A DNA stretch of 64,000 bases from an uncultured Acidobacteriota bacterium (GCA_963809485.1 CAWEJX010000001.1:64001-128000); one strand, 5' to 3'; counted from the first letter of the stretch, positions 1-10,801 are shown. The notes: generated by a model not told the origin, from the letters alone. Numbers and translations are program-made.

Positions 1-2
1 AG

Positions 3-545
3 AAATTTCCCGACCGGCAATGGAAAGGCGCCCCCATCCTGTTTCGCCACGAACCGGTTCTTTTGGACACAGCCGGAGGGCTGAAGAATATCGAGGATCT
101 TCTGGGCGAAGAAAAAACCATCCTTTGCTATAACGGTGATATCCTCGCAAATTTCCCTCTGCAAAAGCTGCTGAACGTTCATGAGGAAAGGCAGTCGGAA
201 GCAACCCTGGTCTTGCGCAGCACCGGGCCGCTATTGAACGTGAATATAAATGAGCGCAGCGAGGTCTGTGATATCAGGCATGCACTGAAAAGCGGCGGAG
301 CCCAAAGCTGCCTGTTCACGGGCATCTATGCGCTGGAAACATCCATTCTGCAGCACATCGAGGCTCACAAGGCCGAGTCCATTATCACCACCTTTGTTCG
401 CCGGATTGCGGAGAAACCGGGATCCGTGATGGGAGTTGTTCTGGACGAAGGCGATTGGCAGGATATCGGCTCGCCGGAATCATACGCGCAGCTGAAGTCC
501 GCAATTGCCAAAGGAGACAATCGATGGATTCACAGGAATCGATGA
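3..545 (+). CDS. Nucleotidyltransferase family protein (MurU-like), 5' end outside window
   Basis: Frame open from nt 3 (..FRHEPVLLDTAGGLKN..YNGDIL..FTGIY..WQDIGSPESY); NTP_transferase motifs; adjacent to AmgK-like kinase. Confidence 0.8.
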   Translation, partial: KFPDRQWKGAPILFRHEPVLLDTAGGLKNIEDLLGEEKTILCYNGDILANFPLQKLLNVHEERQSEATLVLRSTGPLLNVNINERSEVCDIRHALKSGGAQSCLFTGIYALETSILQHIEAHKAESIITTFVRRIAEKPGSVMGVVLDEGDWQDIGSPESYAQLKSAIAKGDNRWIHRNR

Positions 546-1546
546 CTGCTTTTGCGCGGGAATCCCTGGGCATACCGCTGTCCATGCATACCGAGCTTTC
601 GCCCTTTTCGGGAAGAGGGTCGGACCGGGCCTATTTCAGGTTCCGATATAATCACAATAAATCCGCAATCCTGGTCCATTACAGCCCCGGCCGTATCGAA
701 AACACTTACTTCGCGGATATTGCGTTTTTCCTCCGGGAAATAGATGTCCCTGTCCCGGCGGTTATCCGCCACGATCCCGCAAATTGTTTGATCCTCATGG
801 AGGACCTTGGAGATACGGATCTCTGGTCGCTTCGCAACGAGCCGTGGGAGAAGCGAAGCATCCGCTACCGCAAAACCCTCGAAATTGCTCACGGGCTCCA
901 CACCTATCCCGGCCCGCGATTCCCTTCCGACCGGGTAAAACTGATGGACTCGTTCGGCTCAGAACTATACCGATGGGAACGGGATTATTTCAGAGAGAAT
1001 TTTGTTCAGAAACTTTGCGGCATTGCGTTGGATCCGGATACGAGTGAGCAGCTCGAAAAGGAGCTTAACGGGCTGGCGATGAGATTGGAGGCAAGCGGAT
1101 CCTGCCTTGTTCACCGCGATCTTCAATCGCAAAACGTAATGATTTGTTCCGAAAAGCCCTATCTGATTGACTTCCAGGGCATGCGCTTCGGCTCGTATTT
1201 CTACGACCTTGCTTCGCTGCTCTGCGATCCATATGTAAATTTCTCCCCGTCGGAGCGCAAAGAGCTTCTCCACTTCTACTACAATCTTTCCTCGAAAAGC
1301 GCGGATTGGGACGCCTTCCAAAATGCCTTTTGGGAAGCTTCAGCCCAGCGCCTGATGCAGGCTCTGGGCTGCTACGGATTCCTGGGCCTGACACGGGGTC
1401 TGAAAGATTATCTCAAGCATGTGCCCACCGGGATACGGAATATCCGTATTTGCGCCGAAAACGCCGCCTCGCTTCCGCTGCTTCTGGATCTTTGCTCCAG
1501 CTGCGAAAGATCCCTTGCCGGCCGGCGATTGGATGTAAACTCTTAA
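524..1546 (+). CDS. Aminoglycoside-phosphotransferase-fold sugar kinase (AmgK-like)
   Basis: GSDRAYFR, MEDLGD, HRDLQSQNVM, IDFQG, YDLASLL motifs; SD AAGGAG at 511-516 before ATG 524. Confidence 0.8.
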   Translation: MDSQESMTAFARESLGIPLSMHTELSPFSGRGSDRAYFRFRYNHNKSAILVHYSPGRIENTYFADIAFFLREIDVPVPAVIRHDPANCLILMEDLGDTDLWSLRNEPWEKRSIRYRKTLEIAHGLHTYPGPRFPSDRVKLMDSFGSELYRWERDYFRENFVQKLCGIALDPDTSEQLEKELNGLAMRLEASGSCLVHRDLQSQNVMICSEKPYLIDFQGMRFGSYFYDLASLLCDPYVNFSPSERKELLHFYYNLSSKSADWDAFQNAFWEASAQRLMQALGCYGFLGLTRGLKDYLKHVPTGIRNIRICAENAASLPLLLDLCSSCERSLAGRRLDVNS

Positions 1547-1711
1547 TATCGCGGGAATATTCCAAGCTGCAGGTGAACCTGAATTTCCGGCAGGGATTGG
1601 CAGCAGAGCCCGGGACATGTCAGGATGGCTCGGCAGCGCCATCTCCACATGTTCGCCGGGAAATCCTGTTGAACGAAACGTATGGGAGCATCCCAAAACA
1701 GAGGTGAAATT

Positions 1712-4700
1712 ATGAATACCCGACGGCTTGCACTATTGTTTGCGCTGATCTTTGGCACCGCCGCACATTCACTTTTCGCCCAGCAGGCAGGAAGGATACA
1801 GAGTTTCTCTCCGCAGGGAGTCGCTAAAAAAATCCGGCAGGTGCGTGTGATGTTTTCCGAACCCATGGTCTCCTTCGGAGATCCCCGCGCCGGGCTGAAT
1901 CCCTTCGACATCCGCTGCACAGAGAAAGGAACAGGCCGGTGGGCAGATCCGCTGAACTGGACTTACGACTTTGAGAGGGACCTCCCAGCCGGCATTCGCT
2001 GTGAATTCATCTTCAAAAAGGACTTCCAAACTCTTGCCGGCAATTCAGTCGCAGGACAAAGCATGTTCTGGTTCTCCAGCGGCGGCCCGGCCGTTACCCG
2101 ATCCTTTCCGCGCGAAGGATCGGAAGCCATCAATGAAGACCAGATTTTCGTTCTTGAACTCGACGGCGAAGCCACCGAGCGCTCCCTGCTTTCAAGCGTC
2201 CGTTTCTCGATCGGAGGGATCTCTGAGCTGGTGGGAATGCGCATCGTAACGGGACAGGAGAAGGAAGCGATACTGCAATCTCAGTACCCCACCCGCTATC
2301 GCGGGAAGCGTCCGGATCACCTGCTGCTGATTCAGGCCAAACAGAGATTTCCGGCAGGATCGAAGGTAAGCCTGGTATGGGGAAAAGGGGTCTCTTCCCC
2401 CAGCGGCATCGCCACGGATCAGGACCAGATTCTTTCCTTTAAGACTCAACAGCCTTTCACGGCGAGCTTTCACTGCCGGAGGGAAAATGCCGCAGCCGGT
2501 TGCATCCCGATTACGGATATGTGGCTCTCATTCTCTGCCGCCGTGCCCTGGAAGACGGCTAAAAGGGCCGTTCTGACGGGTCCGGGAGGCAAAGTCTGGA
2601 CTCCCGAAACCCGGCAAGGCGATTCTCAGGAAGAGGACGACGATGTCTGGCAAATCGGATTCCGCGGGCCTTTCCCGGAAAACTCCTCCTTTGTTCTGCA
2701 ACTGCCCTCGCCGCTGGAAGATGATGCGGGACGCAAGCTCTCAAACGCGGGAAGCTTCCCCCTGGAGTTGCGGACCGATGAATACCCGCCGCTGGCCAAG
2801 TTTGCCGCGGATTTTGGAATACTGGAGCTCAAGGCCGGCGCAGCGCTGCCGGTCACTCTTCGAAATATCGAGCCCGAAATTGCCGCAAGAAGCTTCCAGG
2901 TTGAAGGGGGCGACGAGAATTTTGATCCGCTACCGCCCAGGCCCTCCGAGGAGGATCTGGATGCCGATTTGAAGGGCAAGGTCCTCAAAGTCCCTCCCGA
3001 CAAAGCCAGCCAGATGCTCGCCTGGATACGCAAGGCCTCCAATAGAAGGTGGGAGGGCCGTGACCGGTCCATATTCGGTTCCGTTACGCAGCCCAAAACG
3101 AAAACCTTCACCCTGCCCAAGCTACACGGGAGCAAGCCCTTTGAAGTTCTAGGGATCCCGCTCAAGGAACCGGGGTTTTATGTGGTGGAGATTGAAAGCG
3201 AAATCCTGGGCGCTTCCCTGCTTGGCATCTCCAAGCCGATGTTCGTTCCGACAACCGTCCTGGTGACGGACCTTTCCGTCCATTTCAAGTGGGGGGCGGA
3301 ATCTTCCCTGATCTGGGTTACGACGCTCGACAAAGCTGTGCCGGTGAAGCAGGCAGCATTGCAGGTTTGTGACTGCGAAGGAAAAATCCTCTGGAAAGGG
3401 ACCAGCGACGGCAATGGCCTCGCCCGCGTGGGCGCATTGCCCAGAGAAGGCGATCTGCCCTATTGCTCCTACAGCGCATACGGCCGCGGATTGTTTGTCA
3501 CCGCCCAATCGGGTAACGACTTTTCCTTCACACACAGCAACTGGAACGACGGAATAGAAAGCTGGAGGTTCCGGCTCCCGACAGAATGGACACCCAATTT
3601 CACCGCAGCCCATACGGTTATGGACCGCAGCCTGTTGCGTGCCGGGGAAATCATTCACATGAAGCATATTCTGCGCGGCGAAGTTTTGGCAGGATTGGCC
3701 CTGAAATCCATCGAACAGGCGCCGCGGACGCTGATCATCCGGCATCTGGGCAGCGAACAAAAATATGAGTTCTCTCTGAAATGGGACGCAAGCGGGATTG
3801 CTGAGACGGATTGGAGCATTCCACGCGAAGCGCGTCTCGGTCAATACAACCTGTACCTGAGGACTGCGGCGGATAAAAACAGGCAGAGCCGGTATGAGTA
3901 TATCGACGAGCCGGATGGCCTTCAATACACGGGATCCTTCAGAGTCGAGGAATTCCGCGTGCCGCTGATGCGCGCATTGATCCGGCCCCCCGCAACCCCG
4001 CTGATAAGCCCCTCTGCGGTGCCCGTAGATATGACGGTGAGCTATCTGAGCGGCGGCAGCGCGGGGAATCTCCCCGTCCGGTTTCGTTATGACGTGCGCA
4101 CACGGTATGTGTCCGGTTTCCCTGATTTCAGTGGCTACATTTTTTCCAACGGGAGCGTGAAGGAGGGCGTTTTCCGCAGCGATTCCGAGGAGGAAACTCC
4201 CGGTGAGGCTCCCGTGCTGAAGAGCAGGGATCTGACTCTGGACAAATCGGGATCCGCAAGGACCGAAATCGAAGGATTGCCTCCAGCCGGCAGGCCTATG
4301 GAAATACTGGCGGAGCTCGAGTTCAGAGACCCTAACGGAGAGATTCAAACCGCTTCCTCCAAAATCCCCCTGTGGCCGGCGGACAGGCTGATCGGCATCC
4401 AGCCTGATGTCTGGATGCAATCCCGGGACGCGTTTCAATTCCAGGTCGCCGTGCTTGATCTTCAGGGCAGGCCCCTGGCCGGCATTGCTGTAAAGGTCGA
4501 TGCGTTCCGAAAAAAAACATTTTCCCACCGGAAGAGGCTTGTAGGCGGGTTTTATGCCTTCGAGCATTTCACCGAAACCAGACTGCTGGGACCGATCTGT
4601 GAAGGCAAAACCGATAAGCAGGGGATTCTCCTCTGCGCCAAGGCGCCGGCAGCCTCCGGGCAAATAGTCCTGCAGGCCTCCGCGCCCGACAGCGCCGGAC

Positions 4701-7411
4701 GGCAAAGCACAGCCTACACATCCATGTGGATTGCGGGCGAGGATGAATGGTGGTTCGAGGCGAGGGATGACGACCGCATCGACCTACTGCCTGAAAGGAA
4801 ACGCTACGAGCCCGGCCAAAAGGCAAAGCTCCAGGTACGGATGCCGTTCCGCAAAGCCACTGCGCTCATCACCGTCGAACGGGAAGGAGTCGGAGAAGCT
4901 TTCGTTAGGGAGCTTTCCGGAAAGCAGCCGGTCATCGAGATCCCGGTGAAAAGCAGCTACGCGCCCAATGTTTTCGTTTCCGTGCTGGTGATACGCGGGC
5001 GGGCAGGCGGGATTCAACCAACGGCAACGGTGGACCTGGGGCGGCCCGCATATAAACTGGGGATTGCCGAACTCAATGTGGGATGGAAAGCGCACGAGCT
5101 GAAGGTCAAGGTCTCGACCGATCGCCAGATCTACAGAGCTCGCGAAAAAGCAAAGGTGCAGGTTTCCGTAACAACGCCGGAAGGCGCCCCTCCGCCGAAG
5201 GGAACCGAGGTTGCGCTGGCAGCCGTGGATGAGGGGTTGCTCGAGCTTGCCCCCAACAGCAGCTGGGATCTCCTGGATGTCATGATGGGAAGGCGAAGCT
5301 ACAACGTTCGCACCGCCACGGCTCAAATGCACGTAATCGGCAAAAGGCACTTCGGCCTCAAAGCTCTGCCCCAGGGCGGAGGCGGCGGAGGACAGATGAC
5401 GCGGGAGCTGTTTGACACCCTGCTCATCTGGAAGGCCCGCGTCCCGCTCGATGAAAAAGGGAGCGCCTGGATTGATGTTCCGATCAACGATTCCATCACA
5501 GGATTCCGCATAGTCGCCGTAGCGTCAAGCCTCGACCGCTTCGGGACGGGAACAGCGTCGATTCGGTCGACGCGCGACCTGGTCATCTTTTCCGGCATTT
5601 CTCCCGTGGTGCGGCAGGGCGACACATTTCGCTCGACATTCACGCTGCGTAACACTGCGGAAAAGGCGATGCAGGTAAAAGTCTCTGCAAGTGTCAGCGG
5701 GATTTCCGAAGCGGTTGCACCGCAGTCGATAGCGCTCAATCCGGGAGAGTCCCGGGATATTTCCTGGAATTTCACGGCGCCGGCCGGAATCGACTCCCTG
5801 AAATATTCCGTTGAAGCGAATGCCGGAGAAGGGATCCGCGACCGCATATCCGTCAGCCAGAAGGTTCTGCCTGCTGTTCCGATCCAGACTTTGCAGGCAA
5901 CGCTTACGCAGCTGGCGGGTGACTACAGATTGGAATTGGAGCGTCCCAAAGACGCCGTTCCGGGAATGGGCAGCATAGACGTTTCTCTGACACCCACCCT
6001 CGTCGGGGGCTTGACGGGGATCGAGGATTATATGAACAGGTATCCCTATACCTGTCTTGAACAGAATGTATCCAAGGCCATCGCCCTTCGGGATTCCGGC
6101 CTTTGGAACAGGATCGTGGCCAACATGCCTGCATATATGGATTCCAGCGGGTTGCTGAAGTATTTCCCGCGCATGAGCCTCGGCAGCGAAATTTTAACCG
6201 CATACGTATTGTCCATCTCCGATGAGGCGGGATGGACTATCCCTCTCGAACTGAAAGAAAGGATGATCCAGGGGTTGCGCGACTTCATCGAGGGCAGGAT
6301 CCTTCGCCGCTCAGCACTGCCGACGGCGGATTTATCCATACGGAAAATTATGTGCATCGAGGCGCTCTCAAGATCCGGCCAGGCTGAGCCGGCGATGCTC
6401 ACCTCAATCACGATCGAGCCAAACCTCTGGCCGACATCGGCTGTTCTGGATTGGTACGGCATCCTGAAGAGAATTGCCAAAATTCGGGACCGGGAGGCCC
6501 GTATGAGCGAAGCCGAACAGATCCTGCGAACACGGCTGAACTTTCAAGGCACAACCATGAATTTTTCCACCGAACGGACAGATCGGCTTTGGTGGCTGAT
6601 GATGTCGCCGGATGCGAATGCCGTTCGTCTGCTCTTGAGCGTAATGGACGCCTCCGGCTGGAAAGCCGACATCTCGAGAATTGTCCGCGGCGCGCTTGCC
6701 CGGCAGCACAGGGGGCGTTGGGATACAACGGTCGCAAACGCCTGGGGTGTACTGGCTGTGGGAAAATTTGCCAAATCCTTCGAAAAAACCCCTGTCTCGG
6801 GGAGCAGCACGGCGTCGCTGGAGGGCAGCACCCGCACGCTGGACTGGGCTGCCTCTCCGGGCGGCAAAACCCTGTCCTTCCCGTGGCCTTCCGGGAAGGC
6901 CGCTCTGGCGCTCCAGATGACCGGAACCGGCCGGCCGTGGGCGACCGTGCGCGGCAACGCTGCGATGCCGCGTAAAGAACCTTTTTCAAGCGGATACAAA
7001 ATTAGAAAAACTCTGACGGCAATTGAGCAGAAGGAACGCGGGAAGTGGAGCAGAGGCGACATCGTGCGGGTCACGCTGAACCTGGAGGCTCAGGCCGACA
7101 TGACCTGGGTGGTCGCGGAGGACCCGATACCCGCAGGATCCACAATCCTGGGAACCGGGCTGGGCCGCGATTCGGGAATTGCCGTCAAGGGCGAGAAACA
7201 AACGGGATGGGTCTGGCCTGCATTCGAGGAGCGTTCCTTCGAGGCTTTCCGCGCCTACTACGAATACGTGCCGAAAGGATCCTGGTCGGTCGAATACACG
7301 ATTCGCCTCAACAATGAAGGGGTCATGAACCTGCCGCCGACAAGAGTCGAAGCGATGTACTCCCCGGAGATGTTCGGCGAGCTGCCCAATGAGGCGATGC
7401 GGATCCAATGA
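1712..7411 (+). CDS. Bacterial alpha-2-macroglobulin (YfhM-like)
   Basis: ~1900 aa; signal peptide; thioester motif YPYTCLEQ; FRVEEFRVP, AVDEG, C-terminal PPTRVEAMYSPE; followed by pbpC; SD GAGGTG before ATG 1712. Confidence 0.95.
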   Translation: MNTRRLALLFALIFGTAAHSLFAQQAGRIQSFSPQGVAKKIRQVRVMFSEPMVSFGDPRAGLNPFDIRCTEKGTGRWADPLNWTYDFERDLPAGIRCEFIFKKDFQTLAGNSVAGQSMFWFSSGGPAVTRSFPREGSEAINEDQIFVLELDGEATERSLLSSVRFSIGGISELVGMRIVTGQEKEAILQSQYPTRYRGKRPDHLLLIQAKQRFPAGSKVSLVWGKGVSSPSGIATDQDQILSFKTQQPFTASFHCRRENAAAGCIPITDMWLSFSAAVPWKTAKRAVLTGPGGKVWTPETRQGDSQEEDDDVWQIGFRGPFPENSSFVLQLPSPLEDDAGRKLSNAGSFPLELRTDEYPPLAKFAADFGILELKAGAALPVTLRNIEPEIAARSFQVEGGDENFDPLPPRPSEEDLDADLKGKVLKVPPDKASQMLAWIRKASNRRWEGRDRSIFGSVTQPKTKTFTLPKLHGSKPFEVLGIPLKEPGFYVVEIESEILGASLLGISKPMFVPTTVLVTDLSVHFKWGAESSLIWVTTLDKAVPVKQAALQVCDCEGKILWKGTSDGNGLARVGALPREGDLPYCSYSAYGRGLFVTAQSGNDFSFTHSNWNDGIESWRFRLPTEWTPNFTAAHTVMDRSLLRAGEIIHMKHILRGEVLAGLALKSIEQAPRTLIIRHLGSEQKYEFSLKWDASGIAETDWSIPREARLGQYNLYLRTAADKNRQSRYEYIDEPDGLQYTGSFRVEEFRVPLMRALIRPPATPLISPSAVPVDMTVSYLSGGSAGNLPVRFRYDVRTRYVSGFPDFSGYIFSNGSVKEGVFRSDSEEETPGEAPVLKSRDLTLDKSGSARTEIEGLPPAGRPMEILAELEFRDPNGEIQTASSKIPLWPADRLIGIQPDVWMQSRDAFQFQVAVLDLQGRPLAGIAVKVDAFRKKTFSHRKRLVGGFYAFEHFTETRLLGPICEGKTDKQGILLCAKAPAASGQIVLQASAPDSAGRQSTAYTSMWIAGEDEWWFEARDDDRIDLLPERKRYEPGQKAKLQVRMPFRKATALITVEREGVGEAFVRELSGKQPVIEIPVKSSYAPNVFVSVLVIRGRAGGIQPTATVDLGRPAYKLGIAELNVGWKAHELKVKVSTDRQIYRAREKAKVQVSVTTPEGAPPPKGTEVALAAVDEGLLELAPNSSWDLLDVMMGRRSYNVRTATAQMHVIGKRHFGLKALPQGGGGGGQMTRELFDTLLIWKARVPLDEKGSAWIDVPINDSITGFRIVAVASSLDRFGTGTASIRSTRDLVIFSGISPVVRQGDTFRSTFTLRNTAEKAMQVKVSASVSGISEAVAPQSIALNPGESRDISWNFTAPAGIDSLKYSVEANAGEGIRDRISVSQKVLPAVPIQTLQATLTQLAGDYRLELERPKDAVPGMGSIDVSLTPTLVGGLTGIEDYMNRYPYTCLEQNVSKAIALRDSGLWNRIVANMPAYMDSSGLLKYFPRMSLGSEILTAYVLSISDEAGWTIPLELKERMIQGLRDFIEGRILRRSALPTADLSIRKIMCIEALSRSGQAEPAMLTSITIEPNLWPTSAVLDWYGILKRIAKIRDREARMSEAEQILRTRLNFQGTTMNFSTERTDRLWWLMMSPDANAVRLLLSVMDASGWKADISRIVRGALARQHRGRWDTTVANAWGVLAVGKFAKSFEKTPVSGSSTASLEGSTRTLDWAASPGGKTLSFPWPSGKAALALQMTGTGRPWATVRGNAAMPRKEPFSSGYKIRKTLTAIEQKERGKWSRGDIVRVTLNLEAQADMTWVVAEDPIPAGSTILGTGLGRDSGIAVKGEKQTGWVWPAFEERSFEAFRAYYEYVPKGSWSVEYTIRLNNEGVMNLPPTRVEAMYSPEMFGELPNEAMRIQ

Positions 7412-9586
7412 GAACAGCGAAAAAACGGATCTATTGGTTCATCTACCTTTACCTTGCCGCATTCACGCTTTTTGTGGCTGCCTGCCTGGTATACCTTTTT
7501 GCTTTTCAGCCGCTGTCCGGGAATTCCCGTCCTATGAACAGGTCCGCAGCTCCCACATCCAATCCGAAGGGAACTCTGCTGGACCGCAATGGCGAGATTA
7601 TTCACGAAATGAGAATAGACAAGCGCGGGCGGCGGCTGAATTGGATTCCCGCTGAGCAGGATCTCGCCTGCCATGCAATCGGCGATCGTAGCCGCCGAAG
7701 ATCACCGGTTCTACAGGCACGGAGGGGTGGACTGGATTTCCTTCTGCGCGGCCTTCCCGGCGGTGTTTCGTTCTTCCAGGGGGGGTGGGGCCAGCACCCT
7801 GACGATGCAGCTGGCGGCCCGGCTTGACGAGGAATTGAAGCCGGAAAAAGGCCGCCGGTCGCTGCTGCAGAAATCCAGGCAGATACGGGCTGCGCGGACC
7901 CTGGAAAGCTCCTGGTCCAAGGCCCAGATTTTGGAGTGCTACCTGAACCTCGTCACCTTTCGCGGCGAACTCCAGGGCATTGCCGCGGCCGCCCGAGGAT
8001 TGTTCTCTAAAGAGCCTCAAGGACTGAATGACGTGGAGTCGATGATTCTTGCCGCGCTGGTGCGTTCGCCCAATGCAGGGATAGGCGCCGTTGCCGCGAG
8101 GGTGGACAGGCTTGCGCGAGCAATGGACTCGACCGCCGGCAGGGCAGAAATTGAGGCGGCCGTGGAATCGGCGCTTTCCCGCCCCTACAATCTGCGGCCA
8201 AAGATAGCCCTGGCTCCACATGTTGCGCAGCGGCTTTTCCAGGCCCGCGAAACTGGCGGCGGGCGCGGCAGCATCCTCCTTTCATGTACGCTGGATGGCC
8301 GGCTGCAGGCCTTCGCCGCCGAGGCTTTACGCCGACATGTTCTGTCCGCAAAATCGCTAAACATGAACGACGGTGCTGTGCTAGTGGCGGAAAACGAGTC
8401 GGGAGATATTCTTGCCTACGTCGGGAACACCGGGGATCAGGCCAGCGCTCGTTTCGTGGACGGCGTCCTTGCACTCAGGCAGGCCGGTTCGACGCTGAAG
8501 CCTTTCCTATATGCTCTGGACTTCGAGCAGCGCCTGCTCACTCCGGCCTCGCTGATAGATGACAGTCCCACAGATATACCAGTCCAGGGAGGAACCTACA
8601 GGCCCAGGAACTATGACAGCCGATTCCACGGCAGCGTGACTGCAAGAGTCGCGCTGGCATCTTCGCTCAATGTGCCTGCCGTCAAAGCCCTGAATCTTGC
8701 GGGGGTGGATTCGTTCGTGGATATTTTGAAGTCGCTGGGCTTCCGAGGCATACAGACTTCCGAGTTTTACGGTCCATCGCTTGCGCTCGGAGCCGCAGAC
8801 GTAACATTGTGGGATCTCGTGGATGCCTACCGGACCCTGGCGAACAGTGGGGTCTGGAGTCCTCTTAGCCTGACGGCCGATAAGGCGGAATCGCAGCGCA
8901 GGCAGGTTTTTTCGGCGGAATCGGCATTTCTGATATCGGACATTCTCTCGGACCGCGAGAGCCGCAGCCGGACATTCGCACTGGAAAGTCCTCTGTCGAC
9001 CCGCTTCTGGACAGCGGTGAAGACCGGGACCAGCAAGGACATGAGGGACAATTGGTGCGTGGGTTTTTCCGAGCATTACACAGTGGGAGTCTGGACAGGC
9101 AATTTTTCAGGCGAATCCATGTGGGATGTAAGCGGGATCACCGGAGCCGCGCCCGTCTGGGTTGAGATTATGAACCGTCTCCATGAAAGTCAAAGCAGTC
9201 TCAAGCCCCATGCGCCCGCCGGAATCGTGCAGCACAATGTGGATTTTGCGGCCGGCACCGATTTAAAACGGGAGTGGTTTATAAAGGGAACCGAAACGGA
9301 AGCAATCCGGCCGGCGGCCGGCGCACTGGTTTCGAGGATTGCCTATCCGACCGCAGGCACCGTTATCGCTCTGGACCCGGATATTCCTCAGGACGCGCAG
9401 CAAATGTTCTTTGAAGCCTCGCCCAGGGGAAGCAATCTCGAATGGATGCTGGACGGCCGGAGACTGGGCTCAGCCTCAGCCCTGACTCCATGGCGTCCCC
9501 GGAGAGGCAAGCATATTTTGAAGCTGGTGGATAGCGCTTTGAATGAATTGGATTCGGTTGACTTTGAGGTCCGGGGAAATTATTAG
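7408..9586 (+). CDS. pbpC: Penicillin-binding protein 1C; reading frame broken by three apparent 1-nt indels (7518-7521, 7569-7571, 7648-7650)
   Basis: EDHRFYRHGGVD, GASTLTMQLA, GSTLKPF (SxxK), SLN, KTGT; N-terminus spread over three frames; ATGA overlap with the A2M gene. Confidence 0.9.
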
Positions 9587-9603
9587 GGGTTTGGAGCATC
9601 AGC

Positions 9604-10482
9604 ATGCGGCTACGCAAGATTGCCTGGGCGGCGACTCTCTCGGCAGTCATTTGTCTATGGGCGCCGGCGCAGACAGAGAGGCGGAAAGGCCCGATTATCC
9701 GGCAGGTGGATCATCTTCTGATTGAGTCGGACGCACCCGAAACCCTGTTTAATCTGTTTGCCGCCACCTTGCTTCTCCCGGAAGCATGGCCCGTCACCGA
9801 CAGCCAGGGATTCGTTAGCGGCGGCGTGGGAGCCGGGAACACGAATTTGGAATTTTTCCGCTATGCCACGCAAAAGAATGCTCCGAAACGCAAGGTTGCC
9901 CAGGCGCATTATGCAGGGATTGCGTTTGAGCCGTATCCGCTTTCCAATTCGCTCCGGGAAATGCAGGTCGAGGGAATTCCCTACAGCCCTCCCCAGCCGT
10001 ATGTATCGACTCTCCCAAAAGGAACCCGGGGAGTGGCATGGACAACCGTGGCGCTACCTTCCTATTCGAAAGCCGGCATGTCCATCTTCCTTTATGAATA
10101 TAGCCAGGAGTTTCTGAAAGTGGACGTGAGAAGGAAACAGCTGGGCAACCGGCTGCTGCTGAACGGAGGCGGCCCGCTCGGCATTCAATCGCTCCGCGAG
10201 ATAATCATTGAATCCGCAACCTATGAAAAGAGCCTTTTGGAGTGGCGCAAACTGCTGGGTGCACCGGCTTCTTCGGGCATATGGCAGGCAGGCGGAGGTC
10301 CTGCAATCCGAATCGTGAAGGGCAGTCGGGATCGTATCCAGGGAATGGTTTTTAAGGTGGAATCGCTCGACCGGGCGAAGTCCTATTTGAGGGAAAAGCA
10401 GATGCTGGGACTGGAATCACCTCGCGAGGCGTCACTCAAACCACCACAAGTACAGGGATTGGAAATACGGCTGGCTAAATGA
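9604..10482 (+). CDS. Exported VOC/glyoxalase-like fold protein
   Basis: Signal peptide; VDHLLI..., GNTNLEFF, GIAFEP motifs resemble Glyoxalase_3-type proteins. Confidence 0.55.
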   Translation: MRLRKIAWAATLSAVICLWAPAQTERRKGPIIRQVDHLLIESDAPETLFNLFAATLLLPEAWPVTDSQGFVSGGVGAGNTNLEFFRYATQKNAPKRKVAQAHYAGIAFEPYPLSNSLREMQVEGIPYSPPQPYVSTLPKGTRGVAWTTVALPSYSKAGMSIFLYEYSQEFLKVDVRRKQLGNRLLLNGGGPLGIQSLREIIIESATYEKSLLEWRKLLGAPASSGIWQAGGGPAIRIVKGSRDRIQGMVFKVESLDRAKSYLREKQMLGLESPREASLKPPQVQGLEIRLAK

Positions 10483-10498
10483 TTTTTTAGGAGAGATA

Positions 10499-10801
10499 GT
10501 GGGCACACGAAACTTTTTTCTGCAAGGGATTTGGGAGATAGAGGGTAAGCGGAAGGTGCACACATTTGGAGCGCTTGAAGAGCTTTGCAATGCGACAGGC
10601 AAGGAATGCAACGGGATACTGGTGGATTACGACATGTTTCAGAACGTAAGAAAGGCGGACCTGTCGGACTTTGCAGGAATCTATAAGGCCGATGAACTGG
10701 ATTTCCGGCTTAAACCCGATGCTGTGGCAGTTGACAAAGGATGCATCCTTCACAACATTAACGATGGCTTTACAGGGCGGGCCCCGATCTTGGCGCCATA
10801 A
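10499..10801 (+). CDS. Hypothetical protein (100 aa)
   Basis: GTG start with AGGAG at 10489-10493, 16 nt after the previous stop; protein-like composition. Confidence 0.45.
   Translation: MGTRNFFLQGIWEIEGKRKVHTFGALEELCNATGKECNGILVDYDMFQNVRKADLSDFAGIYKADELDFRLKPDAVAVDKGCILHNINDGFTGRAPILAP

Noticed and set aside
1580-1670. Imperfect hairpin (ACATGT..GATGGC / GCCATC..ACATGT) upstream of the A2M gene
   Set aside because: No riboswitch consensus or U-tract, and single copy; cannot support a function
3149-4705. 518-aa minus-strand ORF and other long antisense ORFs (e.g. 17970-18971, 19384-20592, 29877-31013, 49536-50777)
   Set aside because: Shadow frames of well-supported genes in GC-rich DNA, with no recognisable motifs
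7408-7827. Separate 139-aa gene, or programmed frameshifting in pbpC
   Set aside because: Explained by three short homopolymer indels; no slippery-site signature
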